Of a stretch of DNA of 64,000 nt, positions 18,389-27,814 are shown in pieces. Source of the DNA: an uncultured SAR86 cluster bacterium (GTDB lineage Bacteria; Pseudomonadota; Gammaproteobacteria; Magnimaribacterales; D2472); contig CAXYEK010000002.1 of the NCBI GenBank assembly GCA_964276235.1, forward strand, positions 69,216-133,215, in the 5' to 3' direction. The translations under genes and the position numbers were made by a program. Under the pieces are notes generated by a model that was not told the DNA's origin, made no database searches, and saw nothing but the letters and a program-made list of their open reading frames with translations. Positions within the stretch are counted from its first letter, which is position 1. Every line of letters begins with the position of its first letter.

Positions 18389-19723
18389 ATGTATGACTTG
18401 ATCTTAAAAAATTGCAAAATTGTTAATGAAAATCAAATATTAGAATCTGATATTGCAATTAAAAATAACAGAATTGAACTAATTTCACCTGATATTAATG
18501 CAGAATCAAAAAAAGTTTTAGAGATTGATGGGAGATATGTCATTCCAGGGTTAATAGATGATCAAGTTCACTTCAGAGAACCAGGATTAACACATAAAGG
18601 AGAGATAGCAACTGAATCAAAGGCTGGACTTGCTGGCGGTGTTACAAGCTATTTTGAAATGCCGAATGTTAATCCAACCACTACAACAAATGAAAACCTG
18701 ACTAAAAAATTTGAATTAGCCAGTACAAGATCCCTCTCTAATTACTCCTTTCATCTTGGAGCAAGTAATAAGAATATTGAAGAAATAAAAAGAGTTGATA
18801 TTAATCAAGCAGCAGCTTTGAAAGTATTTATGGGAGCATCTACAGGAGAAATGCTAGTGGACAGCCTCGATGCGCTTGATGATATATTTAATTATTCACC
18901 TCTTATAGTGGTTACTCATTGCGAGGATCCACAACGAGTTATTGATAACGAAAAATTATTTTTTGATAAATATGGTAGTGACCTTTCAGCTCAACACCAT
19001 CATTTAATTAGGGACGTAGAGAGTTGTTATTTATCAAGCTCACTGGCTGTTGATTTAGCAAAAAAATATGATTCAGATTTACATGTCTTTCATTTAACTA
19101 CTGAAAAAGAAATGAGTTTGTTTTCTTCAGGTGCAATAGATGGCAAAAAAATAACTGCTGAAGTTTGTGTACATCATATGTACTTTAATGAAACGTTTTA
19201 TGCTGAACTTGGTAATCAAATTAAATGTAATCCTTCAATTAAAGAAGAATCCGACAGGATGGCTCTCATCAATGCATTGCATGAAGGAAAAATTGATATT
19301 ATTGCAACAGACCATGCGCCTCATACTTGGGATGAAAAAATGATGCACTATAAAGATGCACCAGCTGGCCTGCCTCTTGTGCAGCATGGACTGCAAATCC
19401 TTATGGATTTTTATCATCAGGACGTATTAAGTCTTGAGGCTATTGTTGAAAAAACTAGTCACAACGTTGCTAAAAGATTTCAGGTAAAGGATAGAGGGTA
19501 TATTAGAGAAGGTTATTACGCAGATTTGGCAATACTGGATATTGATAAACCGTATACAGTTTCTGAAGAAAATATTTTGTATAAGTGCGGCTGGTCTCCA
19601 TTCTCTGGAAAGACATTTAATTCATCTGTACATATGACAATAGTAAATGGTCATATTGCTTTTCAAGATGGTCAGATAAGCCAAGATCTTCCGTACGGAA
19701 TGCAGATAGAATTCGATAGATAA
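18389..19723 (+). CDS. dihydroorotase-like cyclic amidohydrolase (long class I form)
   Basis: 444 aa. DDQVHFREPG, ALKVFMG (Lys), VTHCED, VFHLTT and ATDHAPH metal-ligand motifs. The first His of the HxH pair is Gln. Confidence 0.7.
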   Translation: MYDLILKNCKIVNENQILESDIAIKNNRIELISPDINAESKKVLEIDGRYVIPGLIDDQVHFREPGLTHKGEIATESKAGLAGGVTSYFEMPNVNPTTTTNENLTKKFELASTRSLSNYSFHLGASNKNIEEIKRVDINQAAALKVFMGASTGEMLVDSLDALDDIFNYSPLIVVTHCEDPQRVIDNEKLFFDKYGSDLSAQHHHLIRDVESCYLSSSLAVDLAKKYDSDLHVFHLTTEKEMSLFSSGAIDGKKITAEVCVHHMYFNETFYAELGNQIKCNPSIKEESDRMALINALHEGKIDIIATDHAPHTWDEKMMHYKDAPAGLPLVQHGLQILMDFYHQDVLSLEAIVEKTSHNVAKRFQVKDRGYIREGYYADLAILDIDKPYTVSEENILYKCGWSPFSGKTFNSSVHMTIVNGHIAFQDGQISQDLPYGMQIEFDR

Positions 19724-19752
19724 TTAAGTATTTTTTTATATCAGCAAAGGGT

Positions 19753-19758
19753 TATAAT
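19753..19758 (+). promoter_or_regulatory. -10 hexamer (TATAAT) of the tRNA-Ser promoter
   Basis: Perfect TATAAT 14 nt upstream of the mature tRNA 5' end. Confidence 0.4.
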
Positions 19759-19772
19759 CTTGCATCAATTTC

Positions 19773-19862
19773 GGAGAGTTGGCTGAGTGGTCGAAAGCGC
19801 CTCCCTGCTAAGGAGGTAACTGGGTAACTGGTTCGAGGGTTCGAATCCCTCACTCTCCGCCA
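19773..19862 (+). tRNA. tRNA-Ser (anticodon GCU)
   Basis: GGAGAGT/ACTCTCC acceptor, anticodon stem CCTCC/GGAGG with loop CTGCTAA, long variable arm, GGTTCGAATCC T-arm, encoded CCA. 90 nt. Confidence 0.9.
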
Positions 19863-19870
19863 GTCTTAAG

Positions 19871-20588
19871 TTATCCTGCAAACGCTCTTTCAAGCATAAA
19901 ATCGCCCATTTCACCTGTATTGCCTTCTTGCCATCCAAGTTCTGAAAACATTGTTCGACATTCTTTATTCAGTTCTGGTGAACCGCATACCATAATAGAG
20001 TCTCTTTCCATCGAAAAATTATTTGGCAAACTCTCTTCTATCCAGTCCCAAAATCTTCCTTCCCTAACATAATTTCCGTTAGTAACAGATTCAATATATT
20101 TAAGATTCATATTTTGACTTAATTCAGTGAGCTCTTTTAAATAAGCTAACTCATTTTTATCTCTTACTGTATGAAACAGTAAGACATTTTCAAACCGCTC
20201 ATAAGTTTCATAGTCATTCACTATACTTATAAAAGGAGCTATACCTGTACCTGTTGCTAGAAGAACCAAATTCTTTTTTGGTTTTAAGTAATCAATAACT
20301 AAACTGCCTGTAGTTTTAGGTTTTACTCAAAATAATATCGCCTTCTGAAATATTTTGAAGTCTGCTAGTGAGAGGTCCGTCTGGAACCTTAATGCTTAAA
20401 AACTCTAAATGATCTTCGTAGCATGTTGAAGTAATGCTATATGCTCTCAATAATGGTTTGGTCTCTGTTTCAAGTCCGATCATAGCGAATTCACCATTTT
20501 TAAACTTAAAAGATTTATCTCTAGTAGTTTTAAACTTAAATAATCTATCAGTGTAATGAGTAACTTCTAGAACTGTTTCGTATTGCAT
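19871..20588 (-). pseudogene. fpr: ferredoxin--NADP+ reductase (Fpr), reading frame broken by 1 nt
   Basis: ORF 20316-20588 is the FAD-binding half (RAYSITS, LEFLSIKVPDGPLTS). ORF 19871-20269 is the NADP half (LLATGTGIAPF). The downstream frame stays open back to 20326 (VKPKTTGSLVIDYLKPKKN). The frames can only be joined inside gagtAAAAcc (T4 on the plus strand at 20321-20324). Confidence 0.8.
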
Positions 20589-20697
20589 TTGTATTTTAGG
20601 TTAAATTTATTCAAGGATTTTAAAGAATTTTTTTTAAATAGACCATAGAATGTATTTAAAATTGTATTATTTAATCACCTTATACTTATAATTAATT

Positions 20698-21555
20698 ATG
20701 ACAGATACAAAAAATTTAAAAAATTTTCTTGAAGGCTATTCGATAGAGGTAACACCGGGTGCTGCTGCAAAGATTGATAGCTTTTCTGATGCTCTACCAA
20801 AAGGTACAAGAGTTTATATAGCTCATATAGAAGGCACCCCAATAGAGGATATGTTAGTAACTGCTAAAAAAATTAATGAGCAAGGCTTTAAAGCTATGCC
20901 ACATTTCCCAGCAAGAATTATTAAAGATAAAAACATCCTAAGCGAATGGATTGAAAAATATCAAGGAGAAGCGAATGTTGATGAGGCATTGCTTATAGCT
21001 GGAGGGGCAAATAACTCATACGGGGACTTTGATTCATCTATTCAGCTTCTTGAAACTGAATTATTTGATAAATTTAGTTTTAAAAGAATACATATAGCAG
21101 GGCATCCTGAGGGTAACAAAGATATTGATCCGGATGGATCAAGCTTGAATGTTGATGAAGCACTTTCATGGAAGTATGAATTTTCTCAAAGGACAGATGC
21201 TAAGATGGCTTTAGCCACCCAGTTTTGTTTTGAATCTGCTCCGGTTATTGATTGGGTTAATGGCATTCAGAACAAAGGCATTGATATTCCTGTTCACATT
21301 GGTATTGCTGGACCAGCAAAACTACAAACATTAATAAAATACTCTATTGAATGCGGAGTTGGAGCATCTATAAAGATTTTACAAAAAAGAGCATTAGACC
21401 TAACGAAACTTCTACTTCCCTATAAACCTACTCAAGTTCTTCAAGAACTGGCAGATTATAAAAGTGTAAATCCAAGTTTTAACATTGAACAAGTTCACTT
21501 TTTCCCACTAGGCGGTATGAAAAGAGTTACAGATTTCGTTCAAGAATCTGCATGA
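20698..21555 (+). CDS. methylenetetrahydrofolate reductase family protein (MetF-like)
   Basis: 285 aa. TIM-barrel MTHFR-like pattern (SIEVTP...IAGHPEG...FCFE...GIAGP). By-eye family call only. Confidence 0.6.
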   Translation: MTDTKNLKNFLEGYSIEVTPGAAAKIDSFSDALPKGTRVYIAHIEGTPIEDMLVTAKKINEQGFKAMPHFPARIIKDKNILSEWIEKYQGEANVDEALLIAGGANNSYGDFDSSIQLLETELFDKFSFKRIHIAGHPEGNKDIDPDGSSLNVDEALSWKYEFSQRTDAKMALATQFCFESAPVIDWVNGIQNKGIDIPVHIGIAGPAKLQTLIKYSIECGVGASIKILQKRALDLTKLLLPYKPTQVLQELADYKSVNPSFNIEQVHFFPLGGMKRVTDFVQESA

Positions 21556-21557
21556 TT

Positions 21558-22454
21558 TTAGAATAATTCTGACAACATACATCTTGCAGAACCTCCTCCA
21601 TATTTTTCAATCGAGGATAAGTCTGAGTAAATTATTTTTTTGAAATATTTCTCTAAAGTCTCTATCTGAATAGGGGATAAAGACGAAAATGCCTTAGTAG
21701 ACATTATTATAAATTTTTCATTCTGCCTATTTCTTGCTTCTAATGAGTTTCCGCAGAAATTTAGAATTTGTTGCTCATTAATAATCATTACATCATGAAA
21801 TCTTGATACCTTTTCTAAGACCATCTCCTTGTATTCTTCATTAATAACATCAATACATATTCCAATCATTTCAGTGCCAACGTACATAAATACATCAGAA
21901 TGATAAATAGGTTTTCCAACATGACTGGTGGTTTCGAATAAGACCATTTCAAATGAATTATCTTGACACCATTGTGTCGCTAATTCTTTATCTGTTCTTG
22001 GTGAAAGACCAATATAAGCAACTTTATTAACTCTATCAAATACCATGCTGCTAGTAGACTCTAAAAAGATATCTTTATTTTCAAAATCACTATAGTCAGA
22101 AGTTAGCTCATAGCTTTCTTTTAAAAGACTTATCATCTCTGGTGTCTTTTCCGTTCGTCTATTTTTGGCCTTCATACTGAATATTTGCATTGTTTTATCA
22201 GAAAAAGTTGTGAACCAGTTTGGAAAAATATGATCAGGACAATTCTCATTTCCAACACATGAGATTACTTCTATACCATTCTTTTCGATCTCATTTTTTA
22301 ATTTATGAAATTCCTTTTTGGCATTCTCTAAAATAACCTCTCTACTTTGATTTGAGTCATCTGACTGATAGTGATTTGAGTCAGTAGTTTGAGTGTTTGT
22401 GTAAAAGCAAGCAGGCTCTACCATGAATAATTGAGTTGGAGATTGTTGTTTCAT
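21558..22454 (-). CDS. amidinotransferase-fold (guanidino-group-modifying) enzyme, CtlX-like citrulline utilisation hydrolase
   Basis: 298 aa. N-terminal FMVEPACFYTN...N..Q and a C-terminal GGGSARCM catalytic-Cys motif of the superfamily. Divergent from an ornithine aminotransferase gene. Confidence 0.55.
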   Translation of the reverse strand: MKQQSPTQLFMVEPACFYTNTQTTDSNHYQSDDSNQSREVILENAKKEFHKLKNEIEKNGIEVISCVGNENCPDHIFPNWFTTFSDKTMQIFSMKAKNRRTEKTPEMISLLKESYELTSDYSDFENKDIFLESTSSMVFDRVNKVAYIGLSPRTDKELATQWCQDNSFEMVLFETTSHVGKPIYHSDVFMYVGTEMIGICIDVINEEYKEMVLEKVSRFHDVMIINEQQILNFCGNSLEARNRQNEKFIIMSTKAFSSLSPIQIETLEKYFKKIIYSDLSSIEKYGGGSARCMLSELF

Positions 22455-22499
22455 TAATTTATCCTAGCAGTAATAGTTCATCAGGTTTAAAATGCCTTT

Positions 22500-23735
22500 A
22501 TGAAATATGAGTCATCAAATACATATATTGAAAAAGAATCAATATACGGTGCTGCCAATTATCAGCCATTACCCGTTGTTCTTGCAAGAGGTTCTGGTGC
22601 TTATCTATGGGATATTGATGATAATAAATATTTGGATATGATGTCAGCATATTCAGCAGTAAGCCATGGTCATTCTCATCCTGAATTGGTTGATACGATG
22701 CATAAGCAATCAATGAAGCTTGCTATTACTTCGAGAGCTTTTTATACAGAACCATTTGCAGAATATATAGAATATTTATCTAAAGTAAGTGGATTCGAAG
22801 CTGTATTGCCTATGAATACTGGAGCAGAGGCAGTTGAGACTGCAATAAAAGCTGCAAGAAGATGGGGATATTTTTCTAAAGGAATACCTGAGAATAAGGC
22901 AGAAATAATAGTTGGAGAAGGAAACTTTCATGGAAGAACCTCTACGATAGTTGGCTTCTCAACTGATGAGGATTATAAAAAAGGTTTTGGTCCCTTTTCT
23001 GATGGATTTATTGCAGCTGACTATTGTGGACATGGTAAAAATTTAAAAGAGTCTATTGCATCCATTAAGAATAGTATTAATGAAAATACATGCGCTGTTC
23101 TTTTAGAGCCAATTCAAGGTGAGGGTGGAATCATCATTCCTGAAAAAGGTTGGCTTAAGGAATTAAGAGAGTTATGTACTGAGAATAATGTTTTGCTTAT
23201 TTTGGATGAAATTCAGTCTGGACTTGGAAGAACTGGCAAATTATTTGCTTTTGAGCATGAGGATATAGTTCCAGATGGCCTAATTCTTGGAAAAGCACTT
23301 GGCGGTGGATTAATGCCTGTATCTGCCTTTTTAAGCTCCAGAGAAGTTATGGACCACTTTAATCCTGGATCTCATGGTTCGACATTTGGAGGTAATCCAC
23401 TATCTGCTGCAGTTGCAAAAAGGGCATTAGAGTTACTTTATGAAGATAAATTAATAGAAAATAGCGATATATTGGGAAAATTCTTTTTAGGAGAACTACA
23501 AAGATTAAATCACCCCATCATAAAGGAAGTAAGAGGAAGAGGTTTGTGGATTGGAATGGAGTTTCATGAGTCTAAAACATCTGCAAAAGATATATGTAAA
23601 ATGCTTCTCAAAGAGGGTATTCTTTCAAAAGAAACTCATAAAACTGTAATTAGATTTGCCCCACCACTTATGATAAAAAAATCTGAAATCGAATGGGCTA
23701 TGACAAAAATTAGTAAAGTATTAAATTCAATCTAG
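22500..23735 (+). CDS. rocD: ornithine--oxo-acid aminotransferase (class III PLP)
   Basis: 411 aa. YGAANYQPLPVVLARGSGAYLWD...SAYSAVSHGH is the OAT-type N-terminus. Also DEIQSGLGRTG and a GKALGGG lysine region. Confidence 0.85.
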   Translation: MKYESSNTYIEKESIYGAANYQPLPVVLARGSGAYLWDIDDNKYLDMMSAYSAVSHGHSHPELVDTMHKQSMKLAITSRAFYTEPFAEYIEYLSKVSGFEAVLPMNTGAEAVETAIKAARRWGYFSKGIPENKAEIIVGEGNFHGRTSTIVGFSTDEDYKKGFGPFSDGFIAADYCGHGKNLKESIASIKNSINENTCAVLLEPIQGEGGIIIPEKGWLKELRELCTENNVLLILDEIQSGLGRTGKLFAFEHEDIVPDGLILGKALGGGLMPVSAFLSSREVMDHFNPGSHGSTFGGNPLSAAVAKRALELLYEDKLIENSDILGKFFLGELQRLNHPIIKEVRGRGLWIGMEFHESKTSAKDICKMLLKEGILSKETHKTVIRFAPPLMIKKSEIEWAMTKISKVLNSI

Positions 23736-23745
23736 AGATTCAATT

Positions 23746-24201
23746 ATGAAATATCCATTTAAGACAAAAGAAGAAAACTTAAAAAACTATATTTTTCAGT
23801 TAAAGGAAGTTTGCATAATTGAGCATGAAGATAATTGGTTCAAAGAAAAGTCTCATACGAAGCTTTATCCTAACCTCGAAGAAGCAAAAGCTAAGGTTGG
23901 TAAACCACATTATTGGATACTAAATGCAATAGATAAATATGAGGATGAAGAGTGTGAAGATATTCAAATTGCTCTTATTGAATTAGGACAGCTAGTTTTT
24001 AAGACTAATTATTATTCTCAAAAGCTTACATCTGAAAATGAAAATGAAGATGCTAAGAAGGATTTAGCAGGCTCTTTAAAAAATCTGGATATTAGTATTG
24101 AGACAATCGCTGAACAAATGATATCTATGGATACTCCTAAATATGCACGTCTTGAGATGTCTAAGGAAGATGCATCAAGTCTAATCGCTTCATGGGTTTA
24201 A
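23746..24201 (+). CDS. hypothetical acidic protein
   Basis: 151-aa ORF tightly packed between rocD and the MGMT gene. No recognisable motif. Confidence 0.4.
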   Translation: MKYPFKTKEENLKNYIFQLKEVCIIEHEDNWFKEKSHTKLYPNLEEAKAKVGKPHYWILNAIDKYEDEECEDIQIALIELGQLVFKTNYYSQKLTSENENEDAKKDLAGSLKNLDISIETIAEQMISMDTPKYARLEMSKEDASSLIASWV

Positions 24202-24207
24202 TATATA

Positions 24208-24468
24208 TTGGCTACTGAGTTCCAAAAAGCTGTTTGGGATGAAATAGATAAAATACCTTATGGAAGAACTAAATCTTATAAAGAAATAGCAATAATACTA
24301 GGAAAGCCTAGGGCCGCCAGAGCAGTAGCAAATGCATGTGGTAAAAACCCAACACCCATTATCAGGCCTTGTCATCGAGTCATATGCTCTAATGGAGAAA
24401 TAGGTGGATATAGCGCCTCAGGAGGCGCTACTTTAAAGAAGAGATTGTTAGAAAAGGAAAAATCTTAG
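24208..24468 (+). CDS. methylated-DNA--protein-cysteine methyltransferase, minimal single-domain form
   Basis: 86 aa. Helix-turn-helix SYKEIA..LGKPRAARAVANAC and active-site PCHRV. TTG start in the track. Confidence 0.8.
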   Translation: MATEFQKAVWDEIDKIPYGRTKSYKEIAIILGKPRAARAVANACGKNPTPIIRPCHRVICSNGEIGGYSASGGATLKKRLLEKEKS

Positions 24469-26960
24469 CTTTCTAAGGCCTTACCTATTTTCCAGTTTAA
24501 AAATTTCAAATGATTTTTTACTTCAACAGTGCCGTAAGGCCTTTTTGTATATAATTGAATTTTTAAAACAGAGTTATATATAGCTGCTTTAGATATCTCA
24601 TCGTATTCATCATTACCAAGACCGCCTAACAAAGCATCAACATACTTTGATTGGAGGTTCATTTTAAATGTTGTTGGAATCTCCTTGGAAACAAAAATAC
24701 CAGAAAATAGATCATCTAAAACTTCACCAGGAAGATAGGTATTTCCATACTGAGAGCTATCAACAAGTCTTGTCATAACGGTAGGGTGAAGAATATGAGC
24801 TATTACTCGTCCTTGCATATTAACAACTAATTCATGTAATTGAGGATCTTCATTACCTCTTCGTCTACTGCTATAAGCTGCTCTTTTTTCATTTTGCAAA
24901 TATTTGACATGTTCTGGATCAAAAACAAAAGCATCATTTGCTAATAATTTAGACGTAATTAAATTCATGGCTCTTTTTTGATCTTCGTAAGCAACAGCTT
25001 CGAAGGGCGACATCTCATTATTATCAGTATTAATAATTCTATTTGAGTAAACCCCACCAATTAATCTAGAAACACCATCCATAAATCTTCCTTTCTCTCT
25101 AGTGAGAGATAGAAATGCTGTTCTAAATGCTGTTGAAGTTTCACCTTCTTCTAAATATATAGAAGGGAGCTCTTTAATTTTTGCATTTAATACATCTATT
25201 CTTTGATCTGTGTATGTTACCGGATCACCTGAAAGGTCGTATCTTTTTGCTCTTGGATCAATATTTGCTCCAGGAGAGCTCATCGCGTCACCATCAGTTC
25301 CAAATATATATTCTGGGATAGAAGATTTTGATAAGATTTGAGATCTTTCTTCATCAGTCATACCTGGTGTATATCCAAATTCAATAGCCCACTTATCATA
25401 TATCCCTGGACCATGTGGAAAGAAATTTCCTTGAGTAATTCCTTCTGGCGCCAAGTTTATAGGATCATAATCCATAACAGATCCAATATGACTGTTACCA
25501 GTTATTGATACATCGTGAATATCTTTAGCATCATAAATCCAACTAGATTTAAAATTATGCCTAAGACCAAGCGTGTGACCAACTTCATGCATTGTTAAAG
25601 ATACTATCCATTGCTCTAAAGGATCATTATCTTCAGTGTATCCCCATAGTTTTCTGTAGGTATATCCTCTTTTTATAGCATTAAATTCCTGAACTATATC
25701 AGCAGCTATAATTTCTCCTGTTCTTGGATTTGCAATACTTGGTCCATATCCTGAAAACTGTGGATTAGGGGTAGATGCCCATCGGACAACATTGTATTCA
25801 ATATCTCCAGCATCCCACTCAGCATCGTCAGGTTGAATTTTTGCCACAACTGCATTTTTGAAACCAGCTTTTTCAAAAGCAACATTCCATCCTTCAATAC
25901 CTTTTACAACAAAAGGTCTAATTTCTTCAGGAGTTGAATTTTCTACCCAGTAAACTATAGGCTTTACAGGCTCAGACATTTCAGCTTCAGGATTCTTTTT
26001 TACCAATCTCCATCTATTCATCAAGTCTCTTGCAGGATAATTATCATAAGAAGACAAATCAGTTACCTTCTCAGAAAAATATCCAATTCTCTGATCTGCT
26101 ATCCTTGGTTCAAAATTATCATCAGGCATCTCAACAAAAGAATGCCTTACTGAAATATATGTATACCTAACATCAGCAACCGCATCTACAGGTCCACCGG
26201 ACTTTGGTTTTGGATTAAAGAATCCATAGTTAACCTCAACAGCAGTATTTTTTGAATAATTCCTGACATCATTTATGAAGGTTTTTTCTTTATCCATCCT
26301 TCCTAAGCTAAGATCGTAATATTCCATATATTCCTTTGGAATATTAGGTGTTATGCCTTCAAGCATTTCACTTAAAAATAACTTATCTACATTAATAACA
26401 AATTTACCTTCCTCTTTGACAGCAATTTTAAATCTACCCATAAATGCTTCAATAATATTGGTAAGTTTTGACTGTGATATTGCATTTGAATCGTCGTAGG
26501 TATACTTAGTATTAATCTTATATAAGCCTATATCATCTTTAAATTTTCTAAATTCAAGGATAGAGCCATCGCCCATTGAGCCCCCACTTGCTCCAACATC
26601 TTGTGGCCCATTTAATATATAAGCAAAATAAATAAACTCTTTATTAAGTTGATCTTCTTCAAGAACTAAAAAGTATTTATCCTTCTTTGTTTCATGAAGT
26701 ATATTCATAAAACCATCTATTGCTTTATATTCACCATCTTCCAGAAACTCTTCAACTGATTCATATTCTTTTTTCTTGCCTTTTCCGCCTTTCATATCTT
26801 TAGAATCTGACTTTTTTGAATCTTTAGTTTCTTCAGATGTTTCTGGCTTTACGTCGTCATCAGAATGAATATTTGGTGTGAACGATACCAATGCATAACT
26901 AGTAAAGATAATTGAAAAAAATGATAAAAGTGTTTTGTAATATTTCATATTGGTTTCCAT
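24465..26960 (-). CDS. secreted zinc-dependent metalloprotease (large, HExxH...RHNF type)
   Basis: 831 aa. N-terminal signal/anchor and zincin motif HEVGHTLGLRHNF. Start may be the internal Met at 26948. Confidence 0.75.
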   Translation of the reverse strand: METNMKYYKTLLSFFSIIFTSYALVSFTPNIHSDDDVKPETSEETKDSKKSDSKDMKGGKGKKKEYESVEEFLEDGEYKAIDGFMNILHETKKDKYFLVLEEDQLNKEFIYFAYILNGPQDVGASGGSMGDGSILEFRKFKDDIGLYKINTKYTYDDSNAISQSKLTNIIEAFMGRFKIAVKEEGKFVINVDKLFLSEMLEGITPNIPKEYMEYYDLSLGRMDKEKTFINDVRNYSKNTAVEVNYGFFNPKPKSGGPVDAVADVRYTYISVRHSFVEMPDDNFEPRIADQRIGYFSEKVTDLSSYDNYPARDLMNRWRLVKKNPEAEMSEPVKPIVYWVENSTPEEIRPFVVKGIEGWNVAFEKAGFKNAVVAKIQPDDAEWDAGDIEYNVVRWASTPNPQFSGYGPSIANPRTGEIIAADIVQEFNAIKRGYTYRKLWGYTEDNDPLEQWIVSLTMHEVGHTLGLRHNFKSSWIYDAKDIHDVSITGNSHIGSVMDYDPINLAPEGITQGNFFPHGPGIYDKWAIEFGYTPGMTDEERSQILSKSSIPEYIFGTDGDAMSSPGANIDPRAKRYDLSGDPVTYTDQRIDVLNAKIKELPSIYLEEGETSTAFRTAFLSLTREKGRFMDGVSRLIGGVYSNRIINTDNNEMSPFEAVAYEDQKRAMNLITSKLLANDAFVFDPEHVKYLQNEKRAAYSSRRRGNEDPQLHELVVNMQGRVIAHILHPTVMTRLVDSSQYGNTYLPGEVLDDLFSGIFVSKEIPTTFKMNLQSKYVDALLGGLGNDEYDEISKAAIYNSVLKIQLYTKRPYGTVEVKNHLKFLNWKIGKALES

Positions 26961-27007
26961 TTATTTAGTCGGTAATTCTATCGCAGAAATATATATACTG
27001 GTAGTAT

Positions 27008-27814
27008 ATGTTCATGGAAAATTCATATGCATTAATTACTGGAGCTTCTTCAGGTATTGGTTTAGAAATATCAAATTTGTTAGCAGAGAAGGGGTTCAAT
27101 CTTGTTCTTACTGCAAGAAGAGAAGATAAACTTCGAGAGCAAGCACAAAAAATTTCAGATAAATATAAGGTTAATGTTGATTTTATTTCAAGTGACTTAA
27201 GTGATGAACGAGCGCCAAAAGATATATATGATTTTTGCGAACAAAAAAATTATGAAGTAGATATCTTAGTTAATAATGCAGGGTATGGAATTAAAACTCC
27301 ATTTCATGTGACATCCATGGAGGATGAAGAGAAATTTATCAGAGTTCTTGGAACATCTGTAATAGCTCTATCAAAGATATTTATTCCAAAAATGCTAGAT
27401 CGTGGAAATGGAAAAATAATGATAGTTACATCTGTTGCAGCATTTGCTCCTCCTTCAGCCATTCAGGCACTTTACGGACCTATTAAAACTTTTATGAATA
27501 GATTTAGTGAATCTCTAAATATTAACTACAATGCCAAAGGTATTACTTCAACAGCAGTATGTCCTGGTTTTACAATTACTGAATTCCATACCGCAAGTGG
27601 TGTTCAAGATGAAATGGATAGAGTGCCAAAATTTTTGAAATTTAGTGCAAAAAGAGTTGCAAAAGAAGCGGTAGAAGCAACTTTGCAAGGAAAGCCTTTA
27701 TGTGTTCCTACAAAAACTTATAAGACGTTAGTATTTCTTTTAAAAAATGCTCCAACATGGTTCCTATCATTGAGTAGCTCATTTTTTGCTCCAGGCAGAT
27801 ACGATAACAAGTAA
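27008..27814 (+). CDS. short-chain dehydrogenase/reductase (SDR)
   Basis: 268 aa. TGASSGIG, NNAG, S...YxxxK (YGPIK). Confidence 0.85.
   Translation: MFMENSYALITGASSGIGLEISNLLAEKGFNLVLTARREDKLREQAQKISDKYKVNVDFISSDLSDERAPKDIYDFCEQKNYEVDILVNNAGYGIKTPFHVTSMEDEEKFIRVLGTSVIALSKIFIPKMLDRGNGKIMIVTSVAAFAPPSAIQALYGPIKTFMNRFSESLNINYNAKGITSTAVCPGFTITEFHTASGVQDEMDRVPKFLKFSAKRVAKEAVEATLQGKPLCVPTKTYKTLVFLLKNAPTWFLSLSSSFFAPGRYDNK

Noticed and set aside
22498-22713. Minus-strand 71-aa ORF and the 42265-42484 pair of short ORFs.
   Set aside because: They are embedded antisense or out of frame within rocD and the ACAD gene respectively, and have no independent support.
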